A DNA stretch of 50,164 nucleotides from Eubacteriales bacterium (GCA_045660125.1 JAZRDG010000053.1:1-50164), one strand, 5' to 3'. Positions 18,316 to 28,126 are shown, counted from the stretch's first letter. Notes: generated by a model not told the origin, from the sequence alone. Program-made: numbers and translations.

Positions 18316-20139
18316 TTAGTCCTTATAGATTGCGCCGAACTTACAGCCGGATACGCAAGCGCCGCACTTAACGCACTTAGCAGCGTCAATCGTCAGCGAG
18401 GGCAGCTTGTGGCCGGGAGCTACGTAGTCGGTCTTCTTGATCGCGTCTGCGGGGCAGTTCTTGAGGCACTTGCCGCAGCCAATGCACTTTTCGCGATCGA
18501 TTACGTAAGACATCAGGCTCTTGCAGACGCCTGCAGGGCACTTCTTGTCTACGATGTGTGCGATGTATTCATCACGGAAGAAACGCAGGGTTGCAACAAC
18601 GGGGTTGGGAGCAGTCTGACCAAGGCCGCACAGAGATGCGGACTTGATGTACTGGCACAGCTCTTCCATTCTGTCAAGGTCTTCAAGCTCACCGTTACCG
18701 GAAATGATCTTGTCCAGAATCTCAAGCAGTCTGCGAGTACCTACGCGGCAGGGGGTGCACTTACCGCAGGACTCATCAACCGTGAACTCCAGGAAGAACT
18801 TTGCGATGTCAACCATGCAGTTGTCCTCGTCCATAACGATCAGACCGCCCGAACCCATCATACAACCGATAGCAGTCAGGTTGTCGTAGTCGATGGGGGT
18901 GTCGATCAGGGATGCGGGGATACAACCACCGGAAGGACCACCGGTCTGAGCAGCCTTGAACTTCTTGCCGTTCGGGATGCCGCCACCGATCTCCTCGATA
19001 ACCTCGCGCAGGGTGGTACCCATGGGAACCTCAACAAGACCGGTGTTGGTGATCTTGCCGCCCAGTGCGAATACCTTGGTGCCCTTGGACTTCTCGGTAC
19101 CCATGGAAGCAAACCAATCAGCACCGTTGAGAATGATCTGAGGAATGTTAGCGTAGGTCTCTACGTTGTTAAGTACAGTAGGCTGGTTGAACAGACCCTT
19201 TACTGCCGGGAAAGGAGGACGGGGTCTGGGCTCACCGCGGTTACCCTCAATAGAGGTCATAAGTGCGGTTTCCTCGCCGCAAACGAATGCGCCTGCGCCA
19301 AGACGGATCTTCATATCAAAGTTGAAGCCCGTGCCAAAGATGTTTTCGCCAAGCAGGCCGTATTCTCTTGCCTGATCGATTGCGATCTGCAGACGGTTTA
19401 CTGCGATGGGGTACTCTGCACGAACGTAAACGTAACCTTCGTCAGCGCCGATAGCGTAAGCAGCGATTGCCATAGCCTCGATAACTGCGTGGGGGTCACC
19501 CTCCAGAATGGAACGGTCCATGAACGCACCGGGGTCGCCCTCGTCTGCGTTACAAGCAACGAACTTCTTTACGTTGCCGCGGTTGCCCGAAGCGAACTTC
19601 CACTTCAGACCCGTGGGGAATCCGCCGCCGCCTCTGCCGCGCAGACCGGAATCCAGAATGGTCTGGATAACCTCATCGGGGGTCATCTCGCGCAAGCACT
19701 TTTCCAGCGCGAAGTAACCGTCCATTGCGATGTACTCGTCAATGTTCTCGGGGTTGATAACGCCGCAGTTACGCAGCGCAACTCTCTTTTGCTTCTTATA
19801 GAAGGTGGTCTCGCTCAGAGAAGCAAGCTCAATCTCTTCCTCATCCTTGCTGTCGGTTTCGTTGTAAACCAGACGCTCAACGATTCTACCCTTTTCCAGG
19901 TGCTCGGAAACGATCTCGGGGATGTCTTCGAGGGTAACTCTGGAATAGAAGGTGCCTTCGGGATAAACGATCATGATCGGGCCGAGAGCGCAAAGACCGA
20001 AGCAACCGGTCAGTACGATCTTGATCTCTTCATCTAAGCCCTTTGCCTTGAGTTCCTCTGCAAGCTTCTCGCTCAGCTTAACGCTGCCCGAAGAGCTACA
20101 GCCGGTACCGCCGCAAATCAGTACGTGAGAACGAATCAT
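18316..20139 (-). CDS. hydB: NuoF-like FMN/NADH-binding subunit (HydB/HndC-like)
   Basis: GLRGRGGGGFPTG, CNADEGDPGAFMDR, GAGAFVCGEETAL, ESCGKCTPCR, C-terminal 2x[4Fe-4S]. Confidence 0.95.
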   Translation of the reverse strand: MIRSHVLICGGTGCSSSGSVKLSEKLAEELKAKGLDEEIKIVLTGCFGLCALGPIMIVYPEGTFYSRVTLEDIPEIVSEHLEKGRIVERLVYNETDSKDEEEIELASLSETTFYKKQKRVALRNCGVINPENIDEYIAMDGYFALEKCLREMTPDEVIQTILDSGLRGRGGGGFPTGLKWKFASGNRGNVKKFVACNADEGDPGAFMDRSILEGDPHAVIEAMAIAAYAIGADEGYVYVRAEYPIAVNRLQIAIDQAREYGLLGENIFGTGFNFDMKIRLGAGAFVCGEETALMTSIEGNRGEPRPRPPFPAVKGLFNQPTVLNNVETYANIPQIILNGADWFASMGTEKSKGTKVFALGGKITNTGLVEVPMGTTLREVIEEIGGGIPNGKKFKAAQTGGPSGGCIPASLIDTPIDYDNLTAIGCMMGSGGLIVMDEDNCMVDIAKFFLEFTVDESCGKCTPCRVGTRRLLEILDKIISGNGELEDLDRMEELCQYIKSASLCGLGQTAPNPVVATLRFFRDEYIAHIVDKKCPAGVCKSLMSYVIDREKCIGCGKCLKNCPADAIKKTDYVAPGHKLPSLTIDAAKCVKCGACVSGCKFGAIYKD

Positions 20140-20159
20140 AACTCTTTAATCCTCCTTGA

Positions 20160-20531
20160 TTACTTCTTGTTTGCGCTGATGGTATACTCAGCAACAGGCT
20201 TGCCGCCCTTGATGTGCTTTTCGATGACTTCCTTTGCCTTGTCAGCGGTCATCTTGACGTAGGTAACCTTCTCTGCGTCCTTGGTGTAAACCTCAACGAC
20301 AGGCTCGTACTGGCAAATGCCGATACAACCGGTCTGAGTAACGATAACACTCTCGCCCAGGCCTGCTTCGGTAATACCCTCGACAAATGCGTTGAGAACG
20401 GGACGTGCACCTGCTGCGATACCGCAAGTAGCCATGCCGACTACGATACGGATGTCACCGCTGGATTTGCGCAGAACAACCTTGTCCTGCATTTTGGCCT
20501 TGATGGCCTTCAGCTCTTCAAGTGACTTCAT
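20160..20531 (-). CDS. thioredoxin-like (2Fe-2S) ferredoxin subunit (HydD/HndB-like)
   Basis: VGMATCGIAAGA, QTGCIGIC..EPVVEV. Confidence 0.9.
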   Translation of the reverse strand: MKSLEELKAIKAKMQDKVVLRKSSGDIRIVVGMATCGIAAGARPVLNAFVEGITEAGLGESVIVTQTGCIGICQYEPVVEVYTKDAEKVTYVKMTADKAKEVIEKHIKGGKPVAEYTISANKK

Positions 20532-20584
20532 TGTGATGATCCTTTCAGATTATAATTATAAATTTTTTTATTAACGAAATTGTA

Positions 20585-21133
20585 TTACAGCCCCTCGTAC
20601 TGCTCTTCGAGGTACGAGCCGATCCAGGACAGGATCTCGGGCTCGCCAAGCGAGATATCCTCGCCCAGCACCTCGCGCAAATCGCGCGTGGACAGTGCGA
20701 CCTCTCCCTGCTCGGTCTTATGCGAATACTCAAAATCGATGTCGGGCGAGCCCTGAATCAGCGTTTTGACTGTTTCGATCATATCCCCAAGCGGAATAAA
20801 GTCGATATGATTTTTGCCAAAGGTGGCGTGTGTGACCGTTCCGTGCTGCTCGCTTTCCGATTCGTGCACCGAGGTGATCTCTACCCCGCCGCCCGTCATT
20901 TCGGCAAGCATTTTTAAAAACGGAATTCCCAAGCCAACCTTTCTGGTCTTTCTGGTGGTGAAAAAGGGGTTTGCTAACTTATCCACCTGCTCCCCGGTCA
21001 TGCCGCATCCGTTATCGCTGACGCGAAAATGCAACCATTCGCCCTGCTCGGTAAGCTCGATTGAAATGAGCGTAGCCCCTGCCCTGACCGAATTCATGGT
21101 GATATCCAATACGTACAGTGAAAGCTCGTCCAT
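20585..21133 (-). CDS. HATPase_c (histidine-kinase-like ATP-binding) protein
   Basis: LDITMNSVRAGA, DNGCGM, PFFTTRKTRKVGLGIP. Confidence 0.88.
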   Translation of the reverse strand: MDELSLYVLDITMNSVRAGATLISIELTEQGEWLHFRVSDNGCGMTGEQVDKLANPFFTTRKTRKVGLGIPFLKMLAEMTGGGVEITSVHESESEQHGTVTHATFGKNHIDFIPLGDMIETVKTLIQGSPDIDFEYSHKTEQGEVALSTRDLREVLGEDISLGEPEILSWIGSYLEEQYEGL

Positions 21134-21134
21134 A

Positions 21135-21887
21135 TCATTCTCCTTCTTTGCATCCAAGCAAATAGTCAATCAGCTTGTCCCTGACCCGTTGTGAGGAATA
21201 CGGCTCGTCGTCCAGCTCGACGGCAAAGCCCTCTTCTGCAATGTCTGTCAGGTAATGCGCATCCGATGATGCAACGAATGCAAGACCTCGCTCCCTGAGC
21301 ACGGGATATTGCTCAAGGCTTTGCTCCAGCTTTGCGATATCGCGCAGCTCAAAGGCGGTAAAGGGCGGATCGGGCGGAAAGTCACCAAGCATTGCGATAA
21401 TGCCGTTTGACTCTCGGTCGATGTGTGCCGGATAGCAAACGCCTCCGCGCGCCTTGACCTCAGCATACGCCTCCTCCAAGGACAGGTACGATGCGTTGAG
21501 CAAGAGATATTGCTCTTGGTCAACGATCTCGTCGTTCTCGTCGGTGACGTACTGATTGCCGAATATCTCCGGCTGATTCTGGATTTTGAAGCGATGCGCG
21601 TCCACGTATTCCCCGAACGCCATAGCACTCTCCAGATCTCTGAAAAGGCAGACCGCGTGAACGTCCTCAGCGGTGGTCAGCTCCATACCAGCAACGGGTA
21701 TGATGCCGTTTGCCTTGGCGATCTTGAAAAACGCGGGGCAGTTTTTGGTGGAATTGTGATCGGTCAGCGCAACGATCTGTAATCCGTTGAGCAACGACAT
21801 GCCCACGATGTTGCCCGGTGTCATATCCTCATCCCCACAAGGGGAAAGACAGGAATGCAGGTGCAGATCGCACCGATACAGGCTCAC
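21135..21887 (-). CDS. PHP-domain phosphoesterase
   Basis: DLHLHSCLSPC, ALTDHN, PAHIDR, SSDAH. Confidence 0.9.
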   Translation of the reverse strand: MSLYRCDLHLHSCLSPCGDEDMTPGNIVGMSLLNGLQIVALTDHNSTKNCPAFFKIAKANGIIPVAGMELTTAEDVHAVCLFRDLESAMAFGEYVDAHRFKIQNQPEIFGNQYVTDENDEIVDQEQYLLLNASYLSLEEAYAEVKARGGVCYPAHIDRESNGIIAMLGDFPPDPPFTAFELRDIAKLEQSLEQYPVLRERGLAFVASSDAHYLTDIAEEGFAVELDDEPYSSQRVRDKLIDYLLGCKEGE

Positions 21888-21890
21888 GGG

Positions 21891-22220
21891 TCACGCCCCT
21901 GCCATCTGTCCGATGGCACAGCAGATCTCGTATGCAGACATGGAGGTGCTCATGACGCAAACGCCGTTTTCCTCGGCTGCCTTCAGCACGTCCTGCTGCA
22001 TGGTGACGTCCTCTGCGAGAATAATGACCGCAGGTTCTGTCAGGTTAGCAACCGCAACGACGTTGATATTCGCCATAATAGTGACCCATGCGCAGCCCGC
22101 CTCGACGCGACTCATCGCGCGGCTGAGCAAGTCGCCCGTATAAACGCCGTCAAACTCGCCGTCCGTGGTGCCGCAAAGCACGCGCGCGTCCAGCAGTCCT
22201 TGCAATGCATCTACCTTCAT
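21891..22220 (-). CDS. DRTGG-domain protein
   Basis: YTGDLLS, WVTIMANINVVAVA; start at MKVDALQ after GAGGGGG RBS. Confidence 0.85.
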   Translation of the reverse strand: MKVDALQGLLDARVLCGTTDGEFDGVYTGDLLSRAMSRVEAGCAWVTIMANINVVAVANLTEPAVIILAEDVTMQQDVLKAAEENGVCVMSTSMSAYEICCAIGQMAGA

Positions 22221-22224
22221 TGGC

Positions 22225-23562
22225 TTAGTCCCCCTCGTCACGGTGATTTTCTTTGATAATTTGGTCAAACCTTGCAAGAATTTGCTCTCGCTCAGTTTCA
22301 ATGCCGCGTTCCTTCATCAGTCGCTTGAGCATGACCGTGCATTCATCCGCACCAGCCTCGCATTTGACGATATCCTCGGCAAACGCCATGCAGTTGGGTG
22401 CTCCGCACGAGCCGCAATCAAGTCCCGGGAGTGCCTTGCCGATGCATTCGATGTCACTCATCATGCGCATGGCAGTGCGTCTGTCCGAGGAAAGCAAGCC
22501 GTAAGGATTGTACTCGATCTCTTTTTCATGGAAATACTTATCGGGAATCCAATCGCTTGCGGGTCTGTTGGGTGAAACGGGCAGATAACGCTTGAGCGAT
22601 TGCAGTCTTGCCTGTGCAATGTAGGGGTTAGCCACCGTCATAGCACCGCCGACGCAGCCGCCGCTGCAAGCGTTGAGCTCCACAAAATCCAGCGTTGTGA
22701 TATCCGCGCTGTCAATGCGGTCAAGCACGCGGATACAGTTTTCAATTCCGTCAGCCGCTAAGTAGCGGTCGTTGAGAATTGCGGTGGATTCGCCTCCCGT
22801 GGACGCCCAGCCGATACCAATGATACCTGCCTCGGTGACCTCGTAAGGCTCTTCCTTATAGCTGTTCATTTTGTCAAGCAATGCGAAATAGATATCTCTG
22901 ACCGAAACGGTCGCGGATACGTAATTTCGCTCTCCCGCAAAGTTGTTCTTGACGTAACTGACCTTGGCGGGACAGGGTGAGATAAAGATGATACCGATGT
23001 CCTCATCCGAAAGTTCGGGATGCTCCTCCATCGCCTTCTCTCTTGCCAGCATAGCGGCAATATCCATAGGCGACAGCATCGGCATAATGTTCTCACACAA
23101 ATAAGGATAGTTTGTACTGATCAAGCGCATGATTGTCGGACAAGCCGAGCTGATCACGGGCTTTTTCACGTCTTCACGGTAGATGTACTTGCGCGTATAC
23201 GCGCTGACCAGCTCTGCGGCACAGGCAACCTCAAACACATCATCAAACCCAAGATCCAAAAGACCGCGAATGATATAGCCGATGTTGTCAAGGTTATCAA
23301 ACTGACCGTAAAGCGAGGGCGCGGGAAGCGCGACCGTATACTTGTAGTCATCCAGCACGCTCAGTGCGTCGTGCGTCGCCTTTTTTGCCTTATAGGGGCA
23401 AACGCGAATGCACTCACCGCAGTCAATGCAGCGCACGGGATTGATCACCGCATGGCCGTCGCGAATACGAATGGCCTCGGTCGGGCAGCGTTTGAGACAC
23501 GCCGTACATCCCTTACATTTTTCGATATCAAGTGATACCGAGTGTTCGTACTGTCGTAGCAT
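22225..23562 (-). CDS. sensory-type [FeFe]-hydrogenase-like protein (group C/D-like, no PAS)
   Basis: 2x[4Fe-4S] N-terminus; variant H-cluster motifs SSACP, SPCPAK, ELNACSGGCVGG; C-terminal LPGLDCGSCGAPNC Fe-S motif. Confidence 0.85.
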   Translation of the reverse strand: MLRQYEHSVSLDIEKCKGCTACLKRCPTEAIRIRDGHAVINPVRCIDCGECIRVCPYKAKKATHDALSVLDDYKYTVALPAPSLYGQFDNLDNIGYIIRGLLDLGFDDVFEVACAAELVSAYTRKYIYREDVKKPVISSACPTIMRLISTNYPYLCENIMPMLSPMDIAAMLAREKAMEEHPELSDEDIGIIFISPCPAKVSYVKNNFAGERNYVSATVSVRDIYFALLDKMNSYKEEPYEVTEAGIIGIGWASTGGESTAILNDRYLAADGIENCIRVLDRIDSADITTLDFVELNACSGGCVGGAMTVANPYIAQARLQSLKRYLPVSPNRPASDWIPDKYFHEKEIEYNPYGLLSSDRRTAMRMMSDIECIGKALPGLDCGSCGAPNCMAFAEDIVKCEAGADECTVMLKRLMKERGIETEREQILARFDQIIKENHRDEGD

Positions 23563-23598
23563 ACACACCTCGCATCATTTGATGAATTTTTTGACGGG

Positions 23599-24021
23599 TT
23601 AGAGCAAAACGGTCATGGTAATGGTCGTTCCCTCTCCCACTACGGTATCGATCTTGAGATCGTCCGTATATTTGATCATATTGGGCAGACCCATGCCCGC
23701 GCCAAAGCCCAAGTTACGGATATGATCCTTTGCCGTGGAATAGCCCGCCTGCATGGCAAGCTCCACGTCGGGGATACCGGGGCCCTTATCTGCAAGAATG
23801 ATGACGATCTTATCATCCGACGCTTCAACCTCGGCAACGCCGCCGTTTGCGTGAATGACCATATTGATCTCACCCTCGTACATGGCGATCGACACACGTC
23901 TGATCACCTCGGGCGAATATCCGAGCTGGCGCAGTTTTTTCTTGACCGTCACAGACGCAGCACCTGCGGACGAAAAGTCCGCGCCGTCCACGTCGAAACG
24001 GAACTTTACAACGTCAGACAT
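23599..24021 (-). CDS. anti-sigma regulatory factor-like Ser/Thr kinase (RsbT-like)
   Basis: YEGEINMVIHA, DKGPGIPD, GYST, GFGAGMGLPN. Confidence 0.88.
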   Translation of the reverse strand: MSDVVKFRFDVDGADFSSAGAASVTVKKKLRQLGYSPEVIRRVSIAMYEGEINMVIHANGGVAEVEASDDKIVIILADKGPGIPDVELAMQAGYSTAKDHIRNLGFGAGMGLPNMIKYTDDLKIDTVVGEGTTITMTVLL

Positions 24022-24371
24022 CAATGACCTCCCGAATGGGACAGCCCGGCAGCATACAGAATACCGCTTGCCTCAAACGCACGCTTTTCGGTGCACATAA
24101 CGGCAATGCCGCACTCCTCTGCCAGCTCAACCATATCTGCGGTAGGCTTCTTGCCTCTGACAAAAACGATGCAGATCATATCCATCATATTCGCGGTACG
24201 AATGACCTGCGAATTGATCAGACCCGTGATAAGTACTCCTTGGTCCTTGACGTAAGCGAGCACGTCGCTCATCATGTCACTGCAGCAAGCCGAGATCACG
24301 TCACTCTCAAGGTGCTCCTCGCCTGCAAGCAGCTCTGCGTCCAAAAGTTTACCGATTTCGCTGATCTTCAT
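24021..24371 (-). CDS. DRTGG-domain protein
   Basis: SDMMSDVLA, LITGL, QVIRTA, IVFVRGK. Confidence 0.87.
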   Translation of the reverse strand: MKISEIGKLLDAELLAGEEHLESDVISACCSDMMSDVLAYVKDQGVLITGLINSQVIRTANMMDMICIVFVRGKKPTADMVELAEECGIAVMCTEKRAFEASGILYAAGLSHSGGH

Positions 24372-24429
24372 ATTTTTTCTCCATCTGATTTGCGGTAAAA
24401 CCGCGGATTTGTGGGGTGTAGTCTATTGA

Positions 24430-24927
24430 TTAGTCTACGTACTTCTTGAGAATTTCGGGAACGTCAGCAACGGTCAGTCTGCCGTAAACCTCACCGTTAA
24501 CGGTCAGTACGGGTGCAAGACCGCATGCGCCGATGCATCTGGTAGCCTCCAGAGAGTACTTACCGTCAGCAGAGGTGCTGCCAACCGGAACGCCGAGCAG
24601 CTCGGAGAACTTGTTGATAATGTCGCCCGAACCCTTTACGTAGCAAGCGGTACCCAGGCAAACAGCAACTGCGATGTCGCCGTCGGGATTGAGCTTAAAC
24701 TGTGCGTAGAAGGTAGCAATACCGTAGATCTTCTCAACGGGAGTGCCGGTCTTTTCTGCGATGATCTTCTGGACCTCGTAGGGCAGATAGCCGTAGATTG
24801 CCTGAGCTTCCTGCATAATGGGCATGGTTGCACCGGGAATACCCTTATACTTCTCGATTACTTCAAGCAACTGAGCTTCCTGCTCGGGAGTGCCACGAAA
24901 TTCAACCGTAGTCAATTTCTTTTTCAT
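24430..24927 (-). CDS. hydC: NuoE-like 2Fe-2S subunit (HydC/HndA-like)
   Basis: YGYLP, ATFYAQF, VCLGTACYVKG, CIGACGLAPV. Confidence 0.93.
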   Translation of the reverse strand: MKKKLTTVEFRGTPEQEAQLLEVIEKYKGIPGATMPIMQEAQAIYGYLPYEVQKIIAEKTGTPVEKIYGIATFYAQFKLNPDGDIAVAVCLGTACYVKGSGDIINKFSELLGVPVGSTSADGKYSLEATRCIGACGLAPVLTVNGEVYGRLTVADVPEILKKYVD

Positions 24928-24973
24928 GGTAGTAAATTCCTCCTGTGAATTACTTTATAATTATAAGCGATTT

Positions 24974-25025
24974 ATTATATCATATATTTTTATAAAAGTC
25001 TATAGGTTTGTGAAATTTTCGTCAT
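24974..25025 (-). promoter_or_regulatory. sigma-A promoter of the hydrogenase operon with adjacent imperfect Rex-like box
   Basis: Minus strand TAGACT-N17-TATAAT (TG-extended); 25008-25025 ttgtgaaattttcgtcat has one perfect Rex half-site. Confidence 0.55.
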
Positions 25026-25216
25026 TATTTTCGCAAAAAAGGACGGTTTTTGCCCCAAAATCGTGCACAGTTACCTGCGTTTTTTCGGGCGCTAACGGGT
25101 GCGCTTGAAAAATGTAAAATTTCCGTGAACGATCCCCTGCTGCGCACCGAAAAACAAAAACAGCACCCACAGTAAGTGAGTGCTGTGAGACGGGAATCAT
25201 CGCCCGATACTGATTA

Positions 25217-25825
25217 TCACTTTTTCAATACTTTCTTGCACCAAGTGCGCTTGTTGCAGTTCGGGCACATCAGGTAACGAGTCGTTCCCCTGTGCATCGC
25301 ATTCAGTGCCTGCTTGTAGGTGGGCACAATTTCGTAACCGCAATTTTTGCACTTATAAGCACCCACGCTGACTTCAAGCTTTAATGCATAGAAGCACGGA
25401 ATCAAAAATACGACGACAATTCCGATAATCGCGACAAGCTGCCACACGCCTTCGGGTATCAAGAATGCGGCAATAAAGATACCTGCAATGAGTGCCGTCA
25501 TACTGACGATCATAATCGCCCACATAGACGACCAGATTGTTTTGTTCTTCTTTTCTAATTCCTTTGCCATTTCAAGCAAAAGCTGTTCGTTTTTTTGATC
25601 GTTGTTCTCCACGTTGATCTTCTCCCCACTTAATAATTCGTTTACGCTGATGCCAAGAATATCACACAAATCAAGCATAATGGAAGAATCGGGCAAGGAT
25701 CTTCCCGTTTCCCACTTGGGTACTGCTCTGTCGGTGATGTTCAGCTTTTCTGCCAGCTGCGCTTGCGTATAGCCTTGCAGCTTTCTGCACTCGGCAATAA
25801 ATCTGCCGATTTTGATCTGATCCAT
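25217..25825 (-). CDS. XRE HTH regulator with two TM helices and C-terminal zinc ribbon
   Basis: IGRFIAECRK..TQAQLAEKL..KWETG; CKNC...CPNC. Confidence 0.88.
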   Translation of the reverse strand: MDQIKIGRFIAECRKLQGYTQAQLAEKLNITDRAVPKWETGRSLPDSSIMLDLCDILGISVNELLSGEKINVENNDQKNEQLLLEMAKELEKKNKTIWSSMWAIMIVSMTALIAGIFIAAFLIPEGVWQLVAIIGIVVVFLIPCFYALKLEVSVGAYKCKNCGYEIVPTYKQALNAMHRGTTRYLMCPNCNKRTWCKKVLKK

Positions 25826-25880
25826 TTCGTTATCCTCCTTTCGCCGTCATCATACTCGACTTAAATGTATAAATCAACAC

Positions 25881-25915
25881 ACCACCGGTTGGTTTGGGGA
25901 GCATCAACCGATGGT
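25881..25915. promoter_or_regulatory. inverted repeat, candidate XRE operator
   Basis: accaccggttg ... caaccgatggt just upstream of the XRE gene promoter. Confidence 0.45.
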
Positions 25916-25925
25916 AGAGTGATTT

Positions 25926-26702
25926 TTATTTGTTTATCAAAGATTTTACCCAATTCAAAATATCATCATCAGCATCAACAACAAATTCCTGACCACGCAT
26001 CGCAGATTGAAAATATCCGTCACGAACATTGTTTGCAGAATGGTAGGAAATGGTCTTTCCCTGCAAGCATTGAGGCAATACCCATCTCGACCTCTGCTCA
26101 CCCGGCTTGGTCAAAACCAATCTATCGTCGTAAGTAAAAACACCGTAGCCCGGCTGGTCAAGATCCAGCACGTGATCCGACGCCACAAAAATAGCGTTAA
26201 GCGAATCGCCGTAATCCGCGTGCGGATGCCAAGCAAGCGACCTCAATTGCTCAGTTCCCTTAAGCATCTTTCCGACCTGCAGATATCCGTAAATCACGTG
26301 TATATCCGGAGCGTTTTTCACAAAACGCAAATTACCCTCCGCGGTGTACTCGGTTTTCCTAAACCAACCAAAATACAGAAATAGATCACCCTCGCCAACG
26401 CCCTGATTTTCCAAGTGCTTTAATGCTGCACCTCTCTGACCAAAAGCTGCGACCCAATCATCGGTTCTTGTACGACATGCTTTTCGGATATCAGGGTCTA
26501 AATGGCAATTTGTGTGATCAAATGAAGGCTTCAGCTCTTTTATAATCTGCGCATATGATCGATCACCTATAAACAATTCGTTATAAGTACAACGATTGTC
26601 CGCAGGAATTGGCATGGATAGCAGCGTTCCATCAGGCAAAATCGGGCTGGGAATACCGCCCGCAGCCGAATCAAATCCCTTTCGGGATAAAATCACTTTC
26701 AC
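25926..26702 (-). CDS. Nmad3 (nucleotide modification associated domain 3) family protein
   Basis: MKVILSRKGFDS..GG.PSPILPDG.LLS.PIP, CHLDPD, FGQ, GDLFLYFGWF, HPH, GQEFV. Confidence 0.8.
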   Translation of the reverse strand: MKVILSRKGFDSAAGGIPSPILPDGTLLSMPIPADNRCTYNELFIGDRSYAQIIKELKPSFDHTNCHLDPDIRKACRTRTDDWVAAFGQRGAALKHLENQGVGEGDLFLYFGWFRKTEYTAEGNLRFVKNAPDIHVIYGYLQVGKMLKGTEQLRSLAWHPHADYGDSLNAIFVASDHVLDLDQPGYGVFTYDDRLVLTKPGEQRSRWVLPQCLQGKTISYHSANNVRDGYFQSAMRGQEFVVDADDDILNWVKSLINK

Positions 26703-26732
26703 AGCTACTCCTCCTTATCCTTCACTTGTTTA

Positions 26733-27176
26733 TTACGTATGCTTTTTCATCTCCATATACGGCAGGAAATCAAAGCCTGCCTTTTTGTAAACGCCGATGG
26801 CGTACTCGTTTTCCGCCTCGACCTCAAGGCGCAAGAGCGCGCCGGGGTAGGTGCGCGAAACCTGCTCAATAAAGCGGCTGCCCAGTCCCTTGCCACGGCA
26901 AGCGTCGCGCAGGTAGAGATCCTCGATCCAGATGCAGGGCTTGCCAAACTCGGTGGAGTAGCTTTTTGCCAGCATGGCGTAGCCCTGCACCTCGCCGTCC
27001 ACCTCAAACACGTAGCCCTCTACGTAGGGGCTGCCCGTAATGCAGGCGTCCACGTCCGCGTAAAATATCTCGTCCGAGCCGTCTGTGGACACGTAGGGCG
27101 TGGCGTAAAACTCGCGCATGAGCGCGACCACCGCTTCCCTGTCCTCGGCTGTGATTTTTCTGATAACGTCGTTCAT
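26733..27176 (-). CDS. GNAT family N-acetyltransferase
   Basis: WIEDLYL...RGKGLG, LRLEV..EN..A..VY.KAGF. Confidence 0.9.
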   Translation of the reverse strand: MNDVIRKITAEDREAVVALMREFYATPYVSTDGSDEIFYADVDACITGSPYVEGYVFEVDGEVQGYAMLAKSYSTEFGKPCIWIEDLYLRDACRGKGLGSRFIEQVSRTYPGALLRLEVEAENEYAIGVYKKAGFDFLPYMEMKKHT

Positions 27177-27185
27177 GTATGCTCC

Positions 27186-27605
27186 TTATTTTTGCTCTGC
27201 GCCCTCGACCAGTCCTGCAACGTATGCGTGCACGTCAAAATCCTCCTGCACGCGATACAAATCCCCGTAATCGATCACGTTCTTGCCCGCAACCACAGCG
27301 AGAGAATCGACCCCAACGCCGCCTGCATTGCAAAAGCTGAGCAAATACGACACTCCAAGCGGTTCTGTGATCCTGACCTTTTCCAGCTCCAGCGAGGAAA
27401 ACGTATCGCAGATCTCGCGCACGGTCGCTCTGTCGGTAATGACGTAATCGGTATAGGTTTGATCGGTGATCGAATACACGCGGATCTCGATGCTGCCCGT
27501 GTTGCGCGTGGCGGTCAGCGCATCCTGCATGGGGTTTTGCGTCGCGCAAGCGACAAGCGCCAAGGCAAGAGATGCCAAAAGTACGATAGCGAATAATCTT
27601 TTCAT
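27186..27605 (-). CDS. hypothetical lipoprotein
   Basis: AAGGAGG RBS; MKRLFAIVLLASLALALVAC lipobox. Confidence 0.75.
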   Translation of the reverse strand: MKRLFAIVLLASLALALVACATQNPMQDALTATRNTGSIEIRVYSITDQTYTDYVITDRATVREICDTFSSLELEKVRITEPLGVSYLLSFCNAGGVGVDSLAVVAGKNVIDYGDLYRVQEDFDVHAYVAGLVEGAEQK

Positions 27606-27616
27606 TGTCGTCCTCC

Positions 27617-28126
27617 TTACAGTCTGCCAACAAACGCCGCAATACGCGCAGCCGTTTGCGCAACCGTCTCGTTCGTGTTGTCGATATGCAGTGCAAATTT
27701 GCCTGCGTTTTGCAAAAACCAAGCGTTGTACGCAATTTGCGCGGCAATAAACTCCTCGCTGCCGCACATGCGCTCAGGGGGTCTTTCCAAGAGCCTTGCG
27801 CGCACCGCCTCCGGCGAGCAGGTCATGGCGATCAGCGCAGTAGAGCCAATGCCATCGGGCAAGCTCATTTTGCTATAAAAATCAATCGGGCTTAGGCAGG
27901 TGGTAAAGATCAAATGCTGATCCCCCACTCTTCTGATAGCCTCTTCAAGCCCGTCCTGAATGTAGCCAAACTCATGGTCGGTGCCTGCGTAATCCCACCA
28001 GTTCAGACCCATCTCATCGCTGCCCATGCAAACAAAGCCATCGAGCAGATCGAGCTCGCGCAAGGCATCCGTCACCGCAGATTTTCCCACGCCGCACGCA
28101 GCGGATATGATAACAAGCTTTTTCAT
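27617..28126 (-). CDS. P-loop nucleoside/nucleotide kinase-like protein
   Basis: IISAACGVGKS Walker A; R.RL..R lid motif; IDNT. Confidence 0.8.
   Translation of the reverse strand: MKKLVIISAACGVGKSAVTDALRELDLLDGFVCMGSDEMGLNWWDYAGTDHEFGYIQDGLEEAIRRVGDQHLIFTTCLSPIDFYSKMSLPDGIGSTALIAMTCSPEAVRARLLERPPERMCGSEEFIAAQIAYNAWFLQNAGKFALHIDNTNETVAQTAARIAAFVGRL

Noticed and set aside
16516-20037. 1173-aa plus-strand ORF
   Set aside because: Antisense shadow of hydA/hydB produced by strong codon bias; no motifs or RBS
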